NCBI GenBank assembly: GCA_943789145.1
Contig: CALSSZ010000008.1
Span: 5,433-69,432 of the forward strand
Reading direction: 5' to 3'
From: an uncultured Pseudomonadales bacterium
Lineage (GTDB): Bacteria > Pseudomonadota > Gammaproteobacteria > Pseudomonadales > Porticoccaceae
Length of the DNA: 64,000 bases
Shown here one piece after another: positions 31,704 through 41,694 of this stretch. The notes under the pieces were generated by a model. It worked only from the letters and a program-made list of their open reading frames with translations, did not search any database and had not been told where the DNA came from. A program made the position numbers and the translations under genes. The first letter of the stretch is position 1. Each line of letters begins with the position of its first letter.

Positions 31704-32825
31704 ATGCCTGAAAATACTGATTTAAAGCACACCGAATTCTACGACCAGCATATAGCTGCCGGCGGCAAGATGGTGCCTTTCGCCGGCTATCTGATGCCTG
31801 TGCAGTATTCCGAAGGCATTATGCAAGAGCATCTGCACTGCAGAGACAATGCGGGTCTGTTTGATGTCTCTCATATGGGTCAGGTACTGGTCAGTGGAGA
31901 GGGCGCGGCACTGGCATTAGAGAAATTAATGCCCGTCGATCTGGAGTCTCTGCAGATCAATCAGCAAACCTATGCCATCTTTACTACCCAGAGCGGTGGA
32001 ATTTCTGATGATCTAATTGTTACCCGCTGGTCAGAGGACAGTTTTTTTCTGGTGGTGAATGCCGCCTGCAAAGAACAGGATATCGCCCATTTGCGCGAAC
32101 ACCTCGTCGGTCTGGACATTAACTATTTTGCACATCGCCAGCTGCTGGCCCTGCAGGGGCTGGCTGCCAAAGAGGTAATGGCTGAACTGGCGCCAGAGGC
32201 AAATAGCCTGGTATTTATGCATGGTTGCCGAGTCAGTATTGATGGTATGGACTGCTATGTCACCAGATCTGGCTATACCGGTGAAGATGGCTTTGAAATT
32301 TCTGTGGCTGCCGCAGATGCACGTGCTCTGGCAGAGCTATTGCTCGCCCACAGCTCAGTCAAATGGATTGGCCTGGGTGCCAGAGACTCTCTGCGGCTGG
32401 AAGCAGGGCTCTGTCTCTACGGCCATGATTTAAGCCCAGAGACCTCTCCTGTAGAGGCCAGCATATCCTGGTGCATCAGCAAATCCCGCCGCGCCGATGG
32501 CGCCAGAGCAGGAGGCTTTCTTGGCGCCGATATTATTCTCGATCAGCTGGCCAATGGCGTAGCAAAAAAGCGCGTTGGTTTTATTGTCGAGGGGCGTGCG
32601 CCAGTGCGGGAGGGCGCAGAGATTATTGATCAGCAGGGCGCAGTGGTTGGCCAGATCACCAGTGGTGGCTTTGGCCCTACATTACAGGCGCCTATAGCTA
32701 TGGGTTATGTGCCCACCCATTTATCAGCCGTTGGTACCCAGCTCAATGCCCTGGTTCGTGGCAAAGAGCGGCCCATTACTGTGACCAAAATGCCACTGGT
32801 TCAGCAACGTTATTTTCGCGGTTAA
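31704..32825 (+). CDS. gcvT: glycine cleavage system aminomethyltransferase (T protein)
   Basis: GcvT sequence (FAGYLMPVQY, LFDVSHMG). Confidence 0.9.
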   Translation: MPENTDLKHTEFYDQHIAAGGKMVPFAGYLMPVQYSEGIMQEHLHCRDNAGLFDVSHMGQVLVSGEGAALALEKLMPVDLESLQINQQTYAIFTTQSGGISDDLIVTRWSEDSFFLVVNAACKEQDIAHLREHLVGLDINYFAHRQLLALQGLAAKEVMAELAPEANSLVFMHGCRVSIDGMDCYVTRSGYTGEDGFEISVAAADARALAELLLAHSSVKWIGLGARDSLRLEAGLCLYGHDLSPETSPVEASISWCISKSRRADGARAGGFLGADIILDQLANGVAKKRVGFIVEGRAPVREGAEIIDQQGAVVGQITSGGFGPTLQAPIAMGYVPTHLSAVGTQLNALVRGKERPITVTKMPLVQQRYFRG

Positions 32826-32852
32826 TTGCCACTTATTATTGGAGTCTGGTTA

Positions 32853-35714
32853 ATGTTACAAAAGAAACGCACCTTCGCCGACCTGGAGAATGCCGCAGAG
32901 TTTGTGGCCCGTCATATTGGTCCTAGTGCAGACGAGCAACAGGCCATGCTGGCGGCACTGGGCTGCAGTAATCTGGCCGAACTGACCACTCAGGTAGTGC
33001 CCGAAGCTATTGCTATGACCGAGGCGCTGGATATTGTTGATAGCTGTACCGAGGTGCAGGCGCTGGCCGAGTTGCGGCAGATGGCCGAGCTTAATCAGGT
33101 ATTTAAAAACTATATAGGTCAGGGTTATTACGGCACCATCACACCCAATGTAATTCAGCGCAATATCCTGGAAAACCCCGCCTGGTACACCGCCTATACT
33201 CCCTATCAGCCAGAGATTTCTCAAGGACGTCTGGAAGCGCTGATTAATTTCCAGACCATGATCACAGACCTCACGGGTATGGAGATGGCCAATGCCTCCA
33301 TGCTCGACGAGGGCACTGCCGCGGCCGAAGCCATGGCCCTGTGCCAGCGCATGTCCAAATCAAAATCCACACGCTTTTTAGTCGATGCCGACTGTCTGCC
33401 CCAGACCATTGAGGTTATTAAAACCCGCGCCGAGCCTATGGGCATTGATGTGTTAGTGGGCGAGCCAGATCAATTTGAGGGCGAGGCCTTTGGCGCTCTG
33501 CTGCAGTATCCTGGGGCCAGTGGCGAGGTAAGAGATTACCGGGATATTATTCAGCATATTCAGGACAATAAGGGCCTGGTAGTAATGGCAGCCGATATTC
33601 TTAGCCTGGTAATGCTTGAGTCTCCCGGCACCCTGGGTGCCGATGTGGCTATTGGTTCAACCCAGCGCTTTGGTGTGCCTCTGGGTTACGGCGGCCCCCA
33701 TGCTGGTTATATGGCTACTCGCGAAGCCTATAAGCGCAACCTGCCGGGCCGACTGGTGGGTCTTTCTCAGGACGCTAATGGTGAGCCGGCCTACAGATTG
33801 GCTCTGCAGACTCGCGAGCAACATATTCGCCGAGAGAAGGCGACTTCTAATATTTGCACAGCCCAGGTTCTGCTGGCGGTAATTGCCAGTATGTATGCTG
33901 TCTATCATGGCCCCGGAGGACTTAAGCGTATAGCCCAGCGTGTGCATCTGCTGACCTCGGTGCTGGCGGAAGGCTTGAGACAACATGATTTGGCAGCGGT
34001 TAATAACAGCTGGTTTGATACATTGACTCTTAACACAGGGGATAAAACCGCGGCGCTGATTAAAGCCGCCCAGAAGCAAAAGATTAATCTGCGCCAGATC
34101 GATGCCCATACCATTGGCCTGTCGCTGGATGAAACCACTGGTGCAGATGATGTGGTTGCACTCTGGGATATTTTGCTCGGCAGCCATAATCTGGATGTAG
34201 ATGCACTTTTGGAAGCAGAGGCCGAAGGCTTGCCGGGCAACCTGATCCGCAAGGATAGCTTTCTGACCCACCCGACCTTTAGTCGCTATCATTCAGAGAC
34301 CGAGATGCTGCGTTATCTGCGCAAGTTGTCAGATAAAGATATAGCCCTGGATCGCGCCATGATACCCCTTGGTTCCTGCACCATGAAACTGAATGCCACA
34401 GCAGAAATGCTGCCAATTACCTGGCCCGAGTTTGCCAATATCCACCCCTTTGCCCCAGCCGAGCAGACCACAGGCTATCGCGCCATGATCGATGATCTGG
34501 AATCTATGCTCTGCGCCTCGACTGGCTATGACGCCATGTCACTGCAGCCCAATGCCGGATCCCAGGGCGAGTATGCCGGACTGCTGGCTATTCGTGGCTA
34601 CCATGAAAGCCGCGGCGACACAGAGCGCAATATCTGCCTGATACCCAGTTCAGCTCATGGCACCAACCCTGCATCGGCACAGATGTGTGGTATGGCTGTG
34701 GTGGTAGTTAAGTGCGATGAACAGGGCAATGTGGATGTGGATGATCTCAGAGCCAAAGCGGCAGCCCATGCGGATAATCTGGCAGCCATTATGGTGACTT
34801 ACCCCTCGACCCATGGCGTGTTCGAAGAGCGTATTACCGAGATTTGCGACATTGTGCATAACCATGGAGGTCAGGTATATATAGATGGCGCTAACCTCAA
34901 TGCCATGGTGGGTCTGTGTCAGCCTGGCAAATTTGGTGGCGATGTGTCGCACCTTAATTTGCACAAAACATTCTGTATTCCCCATGGCGGAGGCGGCCCA
35001 GGTGTGGGCCCCATCGGTGTAGGCGAACATCTGGCGCCATTTCTGCCCAGAGAGTCAGCAGATGGCAGCCGTCAGGGCGCGCAGGTTTCTGCCGCTCCCT
35101 ATGGTAGCGCCAGTATTCTGCCCATTACCTGGATGTATATTCGCATGATGGGCCGCGCTGGACTTAAGCAGGCCACAGAGGTAGCCATACTCAATGCCAA
35201 CTATATGGCCCATCGCCTGCAGAACCATTATCAGGTGCTGTATACCGGCAGCAAAGGCCGTGTAGCCCACGAATGTATTCTTGATGTGCGGCCGATTAAA
35301 GATGAGATAGGCATTAGTGTTGATGATATAGCCAAGCGACTGATCGACTTTGGCTTTCATGCACCAACCATGTCATTCCCAGTGGCTGGTACATTGATGA
35401 TTGAGCCTACAGAGAGCGAGTCAAAAACCGAGCTTGATCGTTTCTGTGATGCAATGATTGCTATCAAACAGGAGATTGATCAGGTGGCCAGCGGCAAGTT
35501 CACTGTGGACAACAACCCCCTGGCAGGCGCCCCTCATACAGCCGCTATGGTCAGTGCCGACCAGTGGTCGCGGGCTTATAGTCGCAGCCAGGCAGCCTAT
35601 CCGCTGGAGTCATTGCGTTACAGTAAATATTGGCCACCAGTAGGGCGCCTGGATCATGTATTTGGCGACCGCAATCTGGTGTGTTCATGCCCGTCGATAG
35701 CAGATTACGAATAG
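32853..35714 (+). CDS. gcvP: glycine dehydrogenase (decarboxylating), P protein
   Basis: 953 aa. FVARHIGP N-terminus and PLP region. ATG 32853 after GGAG. Confidence 0.95.
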   Translation: MLQKKRTFADLENAAEFVARHIGPSADEQQAMLAALGCSNLAELTTQVVPEAIAMTEALDIVDSCTEVQALAELRQMAELNQVFKNYIGQGYYGTITPNVIQRNILENPAWYTAYTPYQPEISQGRLEALINFQTMITDLTGMEMANASMLDEGTAAAEAMALCQRMSKSKSTRFLVDADCLPQTIEVIKTRAEPMGIDVLVGEPDQFEGEAFGALLQYPGASGEVRDYRDIIQHIQDNKGLVVMAADILSLVMLESPGTLGADVAIGSTQRFGVPLGYGGPHAGYMATREAYKRNLPGRLVGLSQDANGEPAYRLALQTREQHIRREKATSNICTAQVLLAVIASMYAVYHGPGGLKRIAQRVHLLTSVLAEGLRQHDLAAVNNSWFDTLTLNTGDKTAALIKAAQKQKINLRQIDAHTIGLSLDETTGADDVVALWDILLGSHNLDVDALLEAEAEGLPGNLIRKDSFLTHPTFSRYHSETEMLRYLRKLSDKDIALDRAMIPLGSCTMKLNATAEMLPITWPEFANIHPFAPAEQTTGYRAMIDDLESMLCASTGYDAMSLQPNAGSQGEYAGLLAIRGYHESRGDTERNICLIPSSAHGTNPASAQMCGMAVVVVKCDEQGNVDVDDLRAKAAAHADNLAAIMVTYPSTHGVFEERITEICDIVHNHGGQVYIDGANLNAMVGLCQPGKFGGDVSHLNLHKTFCIPHGGGGPGVGPIGVGEHLAPFLPRESADGSRQGAQVSAAPYGSASILPITWMYIRMMGRAGLKQATEVAILNANYMAHRLQNHYQVLYTGSKGRVAHECILDVRPIKDEIGISVDDIAKRLIDFGFHAPTMSFPVAGTLMIEPTESESKTELDRFCDAMIAIKQEIDQVASGKFTVDNNPLAGAPHTAAMVSADQWSRAYSRSQAAYPLESLRYSKYWPPVGRLDHVFGDRNLVCSCPSIADYE

Positions 35715-36998
35715 TCTGCTGTTGCCGGCTGTTCCGAGGAATCGTCTGCCACTGGCTCCCTAGGTGGGTATTCTGAGCTGAGGTGTTTGTGCAGATCCAC
35801 AGCACTGTAGACCTTGACCGGCTCAGAAAAGCCCTTAATGGCTATCTCGCCCTTATTTATGCAATGGATAGAGTCTCGAACCAGCCCATAAGTATCCTCA
35901 GATAGCAAAATCTCATTGCTATCGGCAGAGGATTCCAAACGGCTGGCCAGATTGACCGCGCGGCCCAGCAAGGTGTAGTCCAGACGATTTTCAGTGCCAA
36001 AGTTGCCCACTTTGCAGACCCCGCTATTAATACCCATACGCAGGCCAGCGGGGCGCTCTATGCCCTCAGCCTGCTAAGCGCAGCTGCAATTCCTGCATAG
36101 CCTTTCTCATGGCAATGGCCATAGACACACAGCGCACTGCATCGGACCTTACACCGCGGCGTTCAGGGTCACCAAAGAACACCATAATCGAATCGCCAAT
36201 CACCTTGTCAACGGTGCCGCCAAAGCGAAATGCGATTTCAGACATCACGGTTAAATAGCTATTCAGCAGAGAAGTAAGCTGCTCAGGGTCGAGCTTTTCC
36301 GCCAGTCGGGTAAAGCCCTCCATATCAGAGAAGAAAATAGTCAGCGCCTTCTCCTGAGTCTCGGCACGCACATCCTTACCCGTCAGAATCGCTTTGCGCA
36401 GTGGCGGTGACAGATACTTAGATAACCTAAAGGTACGCAGGGTCAGCCATTCATTTTGCCTGAGCACAGAATCATGCTGTTCAGCCAGCATAGAATGGGT
36501 GCGCCGCGCTATATTGGCCAGCAACAGACAGTAGCCAGCCACCAACAGCAGAATCAGCAGCTGAGCCTGAAAACCAGGGATAACACTGATTGGCGACAGC
36601 CAGTATACAATCAGCGCACCGATAAAGAGCCCAAACAAATCCAGAGGCGCGGTGGCCTTTAAAGGGCTTATAACAGTGATAAGAAACCCAAGCCCCAGGG
36701 CAATAGTCAGCAGAGGATCAAAGCCCACAAAGGCCAATAACATCCCGGTGAGAACCCCGTCGATAAACTCCAGCAACAGGGCAAGACGCTGCCGCACTCG
36801 TTGCTTAGGCGAAGCCATAGCCGTGAAATAACAGCTAAATTGATAGATAAACAGAGCCGGCAGCAAAACCAGCAGAGCAGGGTGATAGCCAATAACCCCC
36901 CAGGCCCCCAGCAAAATAATAACCCCGCAGAGCCCCAGAGTCAGCCGATATAGCTCCTGCAGTTTCGGTGACGGATATACAATCTCTTTCCATGTCAT
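35705..36998 (-). pseudogene. membrane-anchored class III adenylate/guanylate cyclase, split by one frameshift
   Basis: ORF 36066-36998 carries 6 TM plus FFSDMEGFTRL...GDSIMVFFG. ORF 35705-36037 continues with RMGINSG...NLASRLES. The reading frame changes at about 36060-36075. Confidence 0.8.
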
Positions 36999-37188
36999 GG
37001 CTTTAGTTTAGCACCCAGCCTAATGAAGCGTCAGATAACTGCAAATACCCCCGGGCCGATTGCTTTTACCACCCTGTTTGTGTACAGTTGCCCGGCTTCA
37101 AATCAGGCTGCAAGCCCCGAGATTATTGAGGCAATGAGCACGCCGTGCTCCTGACCAGCTAATAGAACAGAAAACGGCAACAGTTTAT

Positions 37189-37279
37189 GGTGAGGTGTCC
37201 GAGTGGCTGAAGGAGCACGCCTGGAAAGTGTGTAAGCGTTAATAGCGTTTCGAGGGTTCGAATCCCTCTCTCACCGCCA
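37189..37279 (+). tRNA. tRNA-Ser (anticodon GGA)
   Basis: Cloverleaf can be folded by hand: acceptor GGTGAGG/TCTCACC, anticodon loop CTGGAAA, long variable arm, T-arm GAGGGTTCGAATCCCTC, and an encoded CCA. Confidence 0.95.
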
Positions 37280-37287
37280 CGCATTAG

Positions 37288-37322
37288 AGCCCCAGTAACT
37301 ATAGAGTTTCTGGGGCTTTTTT
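37288..37322 (+). terminator. rho-independent terminator after tRNA-Ser
   Basis: AGCCCCAG ... CTGGGGCT stem followed by a T6 run. Confidence 0.75.
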
Positions 37323-37475
37323 ATGCCTGCTTTGTAGCAAATCTTTTTAGCAATATTATCTTCTAATCATTCTGATTCAGTCCGCTGAGTGTTTGTTATT
37401 GTTACTGGGGAGATTCTTTACAAACTAACTTTAAAAGCTCGATTGCTATTTACCTTGACAACAACTTAACTTTGT

Positions 37476-37492
37476 ATACCCTATGGGGGTAT
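37476..37492. promoter_or_regulatory. candidate CsoR-family operator
   Basis: ATACCC-TATGG-GGGTAT inverted repeat with a G/C tract and AT flanks. It lies 15 nt downstream of a TTGACA hexamer (37455-37460) and overlaps the ATG of the first operon gene. Confidence 0.55.
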
Positions 37493-38090
37493 GAAAGCGC
37501 TGATCATTATTCTCTCTCTGCTGGTCGCCTCAACCTCAATGAGCCGACCCATCTCCTATGTGGGAGGCCATACCTTAATGGCCAACTCCGGGGCACAGTC
37601 AGATAATATCTACTGGCACTACACGCCCAGCATCAAGTACTCATTAGGCTTGGATTACCAAAAAGATAAAATCAGTGGTGAGGCGTTTCCCTCAGCCAGA
37701 TTGACCTATCTGATCAACCGCAAGAATACCGCTACCTCTCAGCGCAACCTGTACGTAAAAACCGGCTTTGGGCTCGATAGTAGTGACAACCACTTTTATT
37801 CCCTCAGTGGTGACTGGGAGACTCGGCGCCTGTTCGGCGGTTTCTCCGCTAAACAGGTCTCAGGCATTGGCTATGACCTTTTTGAGCAGAGAGTAAAACT
37901 GGGGGTAGCCCCCTATCTGGGTGCCTACGGCGACCTGCATACCTGGTTGATGATTGAGAGCAAAAAAGATGACTTGGACAACAAACGCATCACCTACCCT
38001 GTGCTGCGGTTTTTTAAAGGTGGTGGCTTGATTGAATTCAGCTACCACAAAAAAACCGACTGGGATATTCACCTGATGTATAGATTCTGA
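37491..38090 (+). CDS. small secreted protein, probable outer-membrane beta-barrel
   Basis: Signal peptide MKALIIILSLLVASTSMS, alternating amphipathic strands, and a C-terminal ...HLMYRF (aromatic terminus as in the OMP beta-signal). Confidence 0.5.
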   Translation: MKALIIILSLLVASTSMSRPISYVGGHTLMANSGAQSDNIYWHYTPSIKYSLGLDYQKDKISGEAFPSARLTYLINRKNTATSQRNLYVKTGFGLDSSDNHFYSLSGDWETRRLFGGFSAKQVSGIGYDLFEQRVKLGVAPYLGAYGDLHTWLMIESKKDDLDNKRITYPVLRFFKGGGLIEFSYHKKTDWDIHLMYRF

Positions 38091-38106
38091 TAAAGGATGG
38101 ACCATT

Positions 38107-38514
38107 ATGAATAAATTCTTACTGGCAACATTATTGCTGACCGCAACAGCAACCCAGGCCGCCCACCATGAAATGGGCCATATGCATTCCCATGAAGGCC
38201 ATGTCCACGACACCATGGTCGATGGCCAAAAGCTCAGCGTGGATGCCGAGCGTTTCGATAACTTTGTTAACGCCGTTCCCGGGGATCAAGTAGTGGTGAT
38301 CAGTGTTCAGGGCATGGTCTGTGACTTCTGTGCCCGCGGTATTGAAAAGACCTTTGGCAAAGACAGCGCTGTGACCAAAATAGATGTAGATCTGGCCTCA
38401 GGAAAAGTCCTGCTGGCCTACGCCCCAGAGACAGAAATAAACCGCGCTGGCATTGAGCAAAATATTCTTAACAACGGCCTTAACACCACGGCCATCCAGT
38501 TGGTAGGCAAATAA
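38107..38514 (+). CDS. periplasmic heavy-metal-associated (HMA, MerP/CopZ-like) protein with a His/Met-rich N-terminus
   Basis: Signal peptide ending TQA, then AHHEMGHMHSHEGHVH, then an HMA motif GMVCDFC. Confidence 0.75.
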   Translation: MNKFLLATLLLTATATQAAHHEMGHMHSHEGHVHDTMVDGQKLSVDAERFDNFVNAVPGDQVVVISVQGMVCDFCARGIEKTFGKDSAVTKIDVDLASGKVLLAYAPETEINRAGIEQNILNNGLNTTAIQLVGK

Positions 38515-38515
38515 T

Positions 38516-38881
38516 ATGCAAGACAGAGCGGCCAATTTCTTTTCACTATTCGCCTCTACTTCGACATTGATCTGCTGCGCTCTGCCCGCACTTTTTGTCG
38601 CCGTGGGCGCTGGGGCCAGCTTTGCCAGTCTGCTGGGCGTATTCCCCTTTTTGATTGTGCTGTCCCAATACAAAATCGCCATTAGCCTGTTTGCCTTGGT
38701 AATGATTGTGGTGGCCGGTGTGGTCAACTATAAAACAGCCAGAATGCCATGCCCTGCTGACCCGGAGTTGGGTCGCGCCTGCTTGCGAACGAGGCAGCGC
38801 TCACGAAGGATTTATACTGCATCCACAGGCATCTTTATCTGCGCCAGCATTTTCACCTACATAGCGCCCAAATTTATCTAA
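38516..38881 (+). CDS. MerT-like 3-TM metal transport protein
   Basis: 121 aa. TM1 LICCALPALFVAVG (compare MerT ACCLGPLVLIALG as I recall it), loop Cys pair PCPADPELGRAC after TM2, and a third TM. Layout and length match MerT. Confidence 0.6.
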   Translation: MQDRAANFFSLFASTSTLICCALPALFVAVGAGASFASLLGVFPFLIVLSQYKIAISLFALVMIVVAGVVNYKTARMPCPADPELGRACLRTRQRSRRIYTASTGIFICASIFTYIAPKFI

Positions 38882-38890
38882 GGAGAGGCC

Positions 38891-39154
38891 ATGACACATT
38901 CCTGCCACAAAAAGTTAATTCCCAATATCAATCGTATTTCCGGGCAGATTAATGGTATTGGCAAAATGGTTAATGAGGGTCAGTACTGCATCGATATCCT
39001 CAATCAGCTTAAAGCCGCCAAATCAGCCATAGCCACAGTTGAGGCAAAGATACTGGACAAGCATATTGAAGAATGTATCAGAGATTCCCTGCAGAGCCAG
39101 GATCAGATCGATATCAAAATCGCTGAATTAGTAAAAGTACTCAAGCGAGCCTAG
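38891..39154 (+). CDS. CsoR/RcnR/FrmR-family metal-sensing transcriptional repressor
   Basis: 87 aa. Motif RISGQINGIGKMV...YCIDILNQL.A...A. C33-H58-C62 has the 25/4 spacing I recall for the CsoR Cu(I) ligands. His3 is also present. Confidence 0.8.
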   Translation: MTHSCHKKLIPNINRISGQINGIGKMVNEGQYCIDILNQLKAAKSAIATVEAKILDKHIEECIRDSLQSQDQIDIKIAELVKVLKRA

Positions 39155-39168
39155 GGCAGGTGTTATTC

Positions 39169-39564
39169 CTACGCTTCCGAATCTACCTTCCATCGGACCA
39201 AGTTTTTCGCTTTAATTCTGTTGGTAAACAGCTTGTATCTGCTTTGCTCGGACTGCCACTCAGCTAACCACTGTGCACCCGTGCGCTCCGCATCGATAAA
39301 AACTGCATTGGTAATCATAATAGGAATTAAGATAGTCAGGTGGACAACGACACTTGTTATGGTGCTATACCCTAGCCAGCCAATGTAATAGGTAGCTATA
39401 AAACCAAATGTTATGCTCCAAATTGTAAACAACACAAGCATGAAATAGGACTGTAGCGTGTTATCTGGAATATGCTTCAATGGATTGAACTTCACGTTCA
39501 TCACGCGTCTCCAGATGTGCACAACTCGCATTATTAATCTTCTTAAAATGTTTGGCTTATCCAT
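39169..39564 (-). CDS. small 2-TM membrane protein, unknown function
   Basis: Start chosen at MDKPNIL (cat 39562-39564) with GGAG 7 nt upstream. AT-rich gene. Confidence 0.45.
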   Translation of the reverse strand: MDKPNILRRLIMRVVHIWRRVMNVKFNPLKHIPDNTLQSYFMLVLFTIWSITFGFIATYYIGWLGYSTITSVVVHLTILIPIMITNAVFIDAERTGAQWLAEWQSEQSRYKLFTNRIKAKNLVRWKVDSEA

Positions 39565-39717
39565 GTAACGTCTCCATAGTGAAAGTATATTTATATTTTG
39601 CCTTAGCAAATACTGGTTAAACAATATCATGAAAGACCTATGAAAGCAGTCTACCCTTTTTTAGGGAACGGTAGAGGCTGCTGAGCGATTTTTGCTGTAT
39701 CTGTGGCTAGTCCGGTT

Positions 39718-40686
39718 TTACTGGAGTGCTTTTTCAGCCAGAGCCTTATCCAACATCTCAATCAACTCTTCGCGACTATATTGGTGCGGCCCCCAGTGAT
39801 TTAATTCCACCAATTGCTGTACCTTGGTGCCTATAGCAAATGCACGCTCCTGCTGGTTGGGCGTGACCATATAGCGACGATGGGGGTTTTCATCAAACAG
39901 AGCGTGCATAAAGGCCTCTACCACAGCATCTGGTTTGGTTAGGGTTAACTCGTAGGCGGCAGTTTGCTCATACTGCTTTTGCATTTCGTCGGTCACTTCT
40001 CCACCTGCGGCTTTCACTTTGGCAAATGCTCGAAGTACTGTGTTGCGGCGGATATGAGACTGGTAGTTGCCAGGCTCAACAACACTAACTGCGACACCTG
40101 TGGATGAAATCTCTTGAGCCAGCCCATCGGTAAAGGCTTCAATCCAATGCTTGCTGCCACTGTAACCATTGAAGCTGGCGGTGGTTATAGTGCCAGCAAC
40201 AGAACCTGTTGTGGTAATGCGCCCTTTAGACTCAATCACCAGAGGTGCAAATGCTTTCGTAATTCGATAGACACCTTCAACATTGACCTTATAGACGATA
40301 GTTTGCTCTTCTATTTCGGTCTCCAAGACTGCACCACCACCGAAAATGCCAGCATTGTTGACCAGTCCGTACAATCCGGTTCCTTTTTCTTTGACCATGG
40401 CAACAGCGGCATCAATTTGGTCTTGTTTGGTCACGTCTAAACGCACGGCGGTTATATTTTTAATGGTATTTAGTTCTGCCATTTCACCGTCTGTTCTTGC
40501 TCCGGCATAAACATGATAGCCCTTACCTGCAAGGGTCTCAGCCAGGCTGCGACCAATACCAGTGGTAGCCCCGGTAACCAGAATTGATTTTGCCTCAGAG
40601 TCCTGTGGCGCCATGGCAACTGTGGAGATGGGAAGTGCAAGCAGGGTTACAATAATCAGACAAATCGAAAGTGATGTACGAAGCAT
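39718..40686 (-). CDS. secreted SDR family oxidoreductase
   Basis: Signal peptide, TGATTGIGRS cofactor motif, and catalytic YSGSK. Confidence 0.8.
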   Translation of the reverse strand: MLRTSLSICLIIVTLLALPISTVAMAPQDSEAKSILVTGATTGIGRSLAETLAGKGYHVYAGARTDGEMAELNTIKNITAVRLDVTKQDQIDAAVAMVKEKGTGLYGLVNNAGIFGGGAVLETEIEEQTIVYKVNVEGVYRITKAFAPLVIESKGRITTTGSVAGTITTASFNGYSGSKHWIEAFTDGLAQEISSTGVAVSVVEPGNYQSHIRRNTVLRAFAKVKAAGGEVTDEMQKQYEQTAAYELTLTKPDAVVEAFMHALFDENPHRRYMVTPNQQERAFAIGTKVQQLVELNHWGPHQYSREELIEMLDKALAEKALQ

Positions 40687-40725
40687 TTTGTTTTCCTTTA
40701 ATTTTTATAATTAATTGGTTGTCTC

Positions 40726-41310
40726 TCAGGAGGCATAATTTTTTGGCCTTAGGCCACTTTTACTGTCGAAAAAGCGTTTAATTTTACCCATATCGCCATC
40801 CACATCACTGCTGGGCTCCATCAGGCCCTCTATGCCAATAGTTCTTGTCGCGCTGTCCACATAGACTATTAGAATGGGTACCTCAGCTGCGGTGGCTACA
40901 TGATGAAACCCGCGTTTCCAGTTGGGGTTTGCGCTGCGTGTGCCCTCCGGGGTAATAATCAGCACAAACTCTTCACGCTGTGCATAGATATCAGCAATAT
41001 AGCTGACCAGTGAGCTTGCCTGGGTGCGGTTGACTGGGATAGCCCCACAATAACGCAAAAACCATCCCAGGGGGCCTATAAAGAGCGTACTTTTTATCAG
41101 CACACTGGGTTTTAAGCGCAACACTGATACAGCCAAAACAAACAGAATAAAATCCCAGTTTGAGGTGTGGGGTGCCACAATAAGCACATATTTTTTTTGG
41201 TCTTTGGGCAGCGACCCGATGACCCGCCAGCGAATAATCTTTAGGATAAGCTTGGATAGCAAACGCAGTACTGGGCTTAGAAGGGGTGTCGAAAAAAGCG
41301 TGTAGCGCAA
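40726..41310 (-). CDS. PlsC-type (lysophospholipid) acyltransferase family protein
   Basis: HX4D motif HTSNWD and PEGTR motif. TTG start. Confidence 0.75.
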   Translation of the reverse strand: MRYTLFSTPLLSPVLRLLSKLILKIIRWRVIGSLPKDQKKYVLIVAPHTSNWDFILFVLAVSVLRLKPSVLIKSTLFIGPLGWFLRYCGAIPVNRTQASSLVSYIADIYAQREEFVLIITPEGTRSANPNWKRGFHHVATAAEVPILIVYVDSATRTIGIEGLMEPSSDVDGDMGKIKRFFDSKSGLRPKNYAS

Positions 41311-41342
41311 AACTGTCTCCCAGAAAGGTTAGAGCGCCAACT

Positions 41343-41690
41343 TTATATCAGGTTTCGCACTATAACCACAGTGGATAAGCCAATCCACAGGGTATTAAAA
41401 GCCACCATGGTGGGTAACAGTTTGCGCTCAGATACCCAGATTAACAGCGCTGAGGTGAATAAGGTGACCAGGTGCAGTTGCCAAATCTCTTTTTGCCAGA
41501 TAAGGCCTGGAAGTATGACGGCGGCCTTGGCAATCCAGGCTACAGCCTCCACCACATTGTAGTTTACCCAGTAGCCATCCTGGAACCACAGGTTGTAGCT
41601 ATTGCTAATATTGGCAAAGCCGACCCTTGAATAAACCAGTGCGGTCAGGGTAAAAAAGATAATTGATGAAACAATGATTTCCAAGGCCAT
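41343..41690 (-). CDS. small polytopic membrane protein, unknown function
   Basis: 115 aa with 3-4 TM segments. Starts 4 nt after the upstream esterase stop. Confidence 0.45.
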   Translation of the reverse strand: MALEIIVSSIIFFTLTALVYSRVGFANISNSYNLWFQDGYWVNYNVVEAVAWIAKAAVILPGLIWQKEIWQLHLVTLFTSALLIWVSERKLLPTMVAFNTLWIGLSTVVIVRNLI

Positions 41691-41694
41691 TCCT

